From Eledone cirrhosa (taxonomy: Eukaryota): 64,000 bases of DNA. The position numbers were made by a program, and so were the translations under genes. Below, piece after piece: positions 59,024-64,000 of this stretch. The stretch spans positions 9,610,001 through 9,674,000 of the forward strand of contig OZ024761.1 in NCBI GenBank assembly GCA_964016885.1, in the 5' to 3' direction. Positions within the stretch are counted from its first letter, which is position 1; each line of letters starts with the position of its first letter. The notes under the pieces were generated by a model. The model saw only the letters and a list, made by a program, of their open reading frames with translations. It was not told the DNA's origin and did no database searches.

Positions 59024-59082
59024 TTTTATTATACATATTTCAAAGGTACAATGGTGTTTAAGTACGTTTTCATCAGATAAAA
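59024..59082 (-). ncRNA. Type I hammerhead motif (family B)
   Basis: Reverse complement: TTTTAT-CTGATGA-AAA.GTAC..GTAC.TTT-GAA-ATATGTAT-A-ATAAAA. Confidence 0.65.
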
Positions 59083-59113
59083 TATATGATTTGATATGTG
59101 ACATACCGCTACG

Positions 59114-59186
<73 letters not shown>

Positions 59187-59620
59187 TATATACACATATA
59201 TATATATATACATATATATATATTATATATATATATTATATATATATATTATATATATATATCATGTTGATGGTGGTGGTGTTACTGTTGTTGATGGTGG
59301 TGGTGGTGGTGGTGGTGGTGGTGGTGGTGGTGGTGGTGGTGGTGGTGGTGTCACTGTTGTTGTTTTCGAGATTCTGTTTATGTTTATTCGTTTTTGCCAA
59401 TTCAGCAGAAAACATCAAATAAATAAATATATAAATAAATAAGTTAAAATCATTAAAAAAATACAATTAAATAACAAAAGAAAAAAAAAGAAGAAAAAGA
59501 AGAAGGAGAAGAACCTGAAATCCTGGTGCGATAAGTACTTTGGTAGAGTTTGGTCATCGGAAATTAAGGACTGGGAATGGCTTTTGTTGTTGTACATGAT
59601 GATATTGTGGCTGAAATGTA

Positions 59621-59663
<43 letters not shown>

Positions 59664-59700
59664 GTGTATGTATATATATATATATATATAATTGTGTATG

Positions 59701-59764
<64 letters not shown>

Positions 59765-59991
59765 TAGATATATAAATGTATATATAGATATATAGATATA
59801 TAAATGTATATATATATATATATATGTATATATATGTGTGTGTGTGTGTATATATATATATATGTATAAATATATATATATGTATGTATATATATGTTTA
59901 TATATATATGTATATATATATATGTATGTATATATATGTATACATATATATATGTATATACGTATGTATGTACGTACATAAATATACACAT

Positions 59992-60037
<46 letters not shown>

Positions 60038-60196
60038 TTCGTGTACCTCGTCAATAAATGGTTGATTTAATTTGCATATAATTCGATTGCTTTCGATTAC
60101 AGTGCAAACACACAGAGTCACACACACACACATTCATATAGACACACACACACACACACATACACACACACACACACATACACACACATTCATATA

Positions 60197-60255
<59 letters not shown>

Positions 60256-61284
60256 AATCTAATATAGAAATACTTTTGATTTATCTATTTTTCAATTAAC
60301 TGGTTTTATCTGGATTGTTGTTGTTATTGTTGTTGTTGTTTCTATCATCCCATCCACCCCCCACACACCACCAAAACCATCACCATCAACCACTCCACCA
60401 CTAGAATCACCACCAACAACACTACCATCAAAACCAACGACCCCACCTTCCACTATCACCACCAACCACTCCACCACCAACAACACTACCATCAAAACCA
60501 ACGACCCCACCTTCCACTATCACCACCAACCACTCCACCACCAACAACGGTACCATCAAAACCAACGACCCCATCACCACCAATACCACCATCACCACCA
60601 CCAACACTACCATCAAAACCAACGACCCCACCACCACCAATACCACCATCACCACCACCAACAACGGTACCATCAAAACCAACGACCCCACCACCACCAC
60701 CAATACCACCATCACCAACAACACTACCATCAAAACCACCAACCACTCCACCACCACTATCACTACCAACCACTCCACCACCACCAACACTACCATCAAA
60801 ACCAACGACCCCACCACCACCAATACCACCATCACCACCACCAACACTACCATCAAAACCAATGACCCCACCACCACCACCACCAACACTACCATCAAAA
60901 CCACCAACCACTCCACCACCACTATCACTATCACCATCACCCACCAGGGCTAGATTCGCAATTGTGAGGTTGTGAGTTCGATTCCAAGATATTCGATTCC
61001 TCTATTCTTCAATTAACTGGTTTTATCTGCTACGTTTGTGTTTCTTGGTAAAACGCTTTTTCTCACGTCGCTCCGGTTCCTTCAACTGGATATAAAAATG
61101 AATAAATAAATAAATAAAAAGTTGTGACATACTGAGTCACGTTGAATCTCCCTGAGCACTACGTGAAGTTCATGAGCAGGCAGCTCCGTTGATAAAAACA
61201 AATGAATAGTGACGTCACTGGGGCCAAGCTGTATCGGCCTAAGTCTTTCCCTTGGATAACATCAGACTTTACAATACAACGGGA

Positions 61285-61342
61285 GGAAACATAATAGTAC
61301 CACTGACGATGTCGCAGATGTGTGACGAAAGAACCTTGATAG

Positions 61343-61377
<35 letters not shown>

Positions 61378-61548
61378 TTATATCTGTATTTTTAACCGTT
61401 GTTCAATCAATGTTAAACATTGATTGCCAAATAAATTAACTAAGGAGATATAAATGATACAGAAACGAAAACCAACCCAAACCAAACAGTGAGTGTGTTC
61501 TATTATTATTTCTGGCAATATTATAACAATATGACCCTCCCCAAGTAT

Positions 61549-61555
<7 letters not shown>
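61285..61555 (+). mobile_element. Related Penelope 3' terminal fragment
   Basis: Hammerhead-like core then ...ACAGTGAGTGTGTTC...ATGACCCTCCCCAAGTATAACAAT into (TA)n. Confidence 0.75.
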
Positions 61556-61603
<48 letters not shown>

Positions 61604-62095
61604 TTAGAAAGTAAACAACGCAATATTGTCTGAGGTCCTGAAACCTTTGGTAATGGATTAGTTATATTGTGTTGTTTACTTTCTAATTAGTATATTACAT
61701 CGAGCACTCTTGTTTTTGCCTTAGCCTTTTCTTCGGAAATACTTAACATATATAACAAAGAACAAAGAAAGTGTGGTAAGATACCAGGTGGACCATAACG
61801 CACCAGAGTACTCAATACTTAGGATAGTAGAGTGGGTAATAGGAAAAGAGTCAGGACCTCCGGCCGTTTCGACAGCTAGATCCGAACGTTCGGATCTAGC
61901 TGTAGAAACGACCGGAGCTCAGCCGTCGGGGTCCTGACTATTTTCCTATATATAGTGGTATAACACTGAAAGGTAATATCCGTAGTGGTAGAGCACTCAG
62001 TCCATGGGACGAGTTAGGTAGAAGTGGTTGCACAACAGTTAGTTCACCATACCGAGAACAATTGTTTCACCTTATTTCAACTGTTTCTCCCATTA

Positions 62096-62133
62096 CGAGC
62101 TGAGGATCCGCTAAGGTGAAACAATTGTTCTCG
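62096..62133 (+). ncRNA. Minimal hammerhead motif (family E)
   Basis: CGAG-CTGAGGA-TCC-GCTAA-GGT-GAA-ACAATTGT-T-CTCG. Confidence 0.55.
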
Positions 62134-62186
62134 GTTTGGTGAACTAACTGTTGTGTCACCACTTTTCTCTCTCTCTCTCTCTCTCT

Positions 62187-62220
<34 letters not shown>

Positions 62221-63182
62221 TACCCTGGCTTAAACCACGAGCAAGATGGTAGGATAACACCTATGAGCTCGGCTGCGACTCAACTGGATCAATTGGAGAC
62301 TGTTGCTTCCGACAGGCTTCATTGAGCACAGTACAATGCGCCTTGGGTAAGTGAAGTGTTGATTTTAGTGGTCGTGTTTCTATTGTATTGAGATTACACT
62401 TCATAACACGGGGTATACCTTGCAAAGCTATTTTCTGTACGCTGTATATGTTTGTAAGTCTTGGGTGGGTTTGCTACAATGTGTGTGCGTGTGTCTGTCT
62501 GTATGTGTGTGTGCGCTAGTGTGTGTGTGTGTGTGTTATTCCCAGAGCACCTATTATTATAGGGGTTGTTTCTGTTTTCGTCATCCACATTCGGCTTATT
62601 TCTATCTCTAGATCTTTATATTATTGTTATTATTATTGTTATTATTATTGTTATTATTATTATTATCATCATATCAATGCATTAACCACTTCCGGTTGGG
62701 CCGACAAGGAGTTTGTCTACCACCCAGCGTTTAAGAAAACATTAAGCCAACTGCTGATATTGCGGTCGATCGTAAACGTTTTGTAATAGGGTGTTGGGGT
62801 GGGGGTGGGTGGGGGGTAGGGCGTGGTGTTGTGTGGAGGTGGGGGTAGGGTGTGGTGGTGGGAGGAGAAAACAAAAAAACAAAATGTGTTCTGTCATCTT
62901 GAAACAATAAACAAGGGAGAGAGAGAAGGACAGGGAGAGAGAGAGAAGGGGATGGAGAGAGAAGGGGGGGGAGAAGGGGAAGAGAGAGAGAAGAGGATAG
63001 AGAGAGAGAGAGAGAGAGAAGAGGGAGAGAGAGAAAGAGGAAAGAGAGAAAGAGGAAAGAGAGAGAGAGGGAAGGGAGAAGGGTAGAGGGAAAGGTTGCA
63101 ACGACCAGGGTATATATATATATATATACATATATATACACACATATGTATATATATACATATACATATACATATAGATATA

Positions 63183-63285
63183 TAGGGCGTCCCCCCCAAA
63201 ATATACACACTTTTCAACAGCTTTATAATAAATATTGCCAGCTGTACAGGTAATCAAAGTGTATACATTTTTTGTGGACACCCTG
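63183..63285. mobile_element. Tiny Tc1/mariner-type MITE
   Basis: TAGGGCGTCC...GTGTATACATTTTTTGTGGACACCCTG; related to 40503-40573. Confidence 0.5.
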
Positions 63286-63319
63286 TGTGTATGCGCGCGC
63301 GCGTGTGTGTATACGTACA

Positions 63320-63365
<46 letters not shown>

Positions 63366-63508
63366 CAAGGACGATTTGTTAAGCCTTCATTACGTTTATT
63401 ATTGGTGACGCACGTTTCACTATTGATCAGCTCAAGGTTCCATCTGTATCGATCTGGCCCCCTAACTCTGGAATCAAAAGCTTGTCGGACCTCTGCTGTT
63501 GTAATGGA

Positions 63509-63606
<98 letters not shown>

Positions 63607-64000
63607 CAGAGAGATGTAAAATCCCGACCACGGTAACCAAGCGATTTCAGCAAGCTTTATCGAGAGCGTAGTGACTGCCACCAACGCCACCGCCCCCACC
63701 ACCACCACCACTAGCACCCCCTCCCCCCTCCCCCATACCACCACCACAAACAACGCCACCACCACCACTAACACCGCCACCACCAATACCACCGCCACCA
63801 CCGCCAGCACTACCCCCCCCCATACCATCACCACCACCGACGCCACTATCATTACCACTACAATTATCACAATCTCAACAAAACCGCAATCATTTCCGCC
63901 GCCGCCATCATTACACTGACAACGGCCGGCACTTCTTCCCCTCACCACCACCACCACCACCAGCAGCACTAACACCCCCCAATACCACCACCGCCACCAC

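Overview
Repeat-saturated, gene-poor eukaryotic DNA. The tRNA-derived SINE family and the extreme (TA)n/(CA)n content point to an octopod cephalopod (inference). No host gene can be called with confidence, and almost all ORFs in the track are translated microsatellites. The real coding content is retrotransposon: (i) a near-complete, uninterrupted Penelope-like element (RT + C-terminal GIY-YIG, Naiad-like motifs, in-frame Asn-rich insert) at ~42446-46733 with an inverted 5' copy of its 3' terminal repeat; (ii) a 5'-truncated L1/Tx1-type LINE inserted in (GATA)n, plus fragments; (iii) a 5'-truncated CR1-like LINE; (iv) RTE-type fragments. The most notable hidden structure is about 19 hammerhead-ribozyme-like motifs in roughly six sequence families on both strands. 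They include minimal forms with palindromic stem III, a U3-A8 core variant and a possible U4A variant. Many sit inside short fold-back inverted duplications abutting microsatellites. This suggests a community of microsatellite-targeting, ribozyme-bearing Penelope-type elements that leave hairpin footprints. Four minisatellite arrays can each be traced to a transposon end or interior. All ribozyme calls are by-eye motif and pairing calls, not tested activity.
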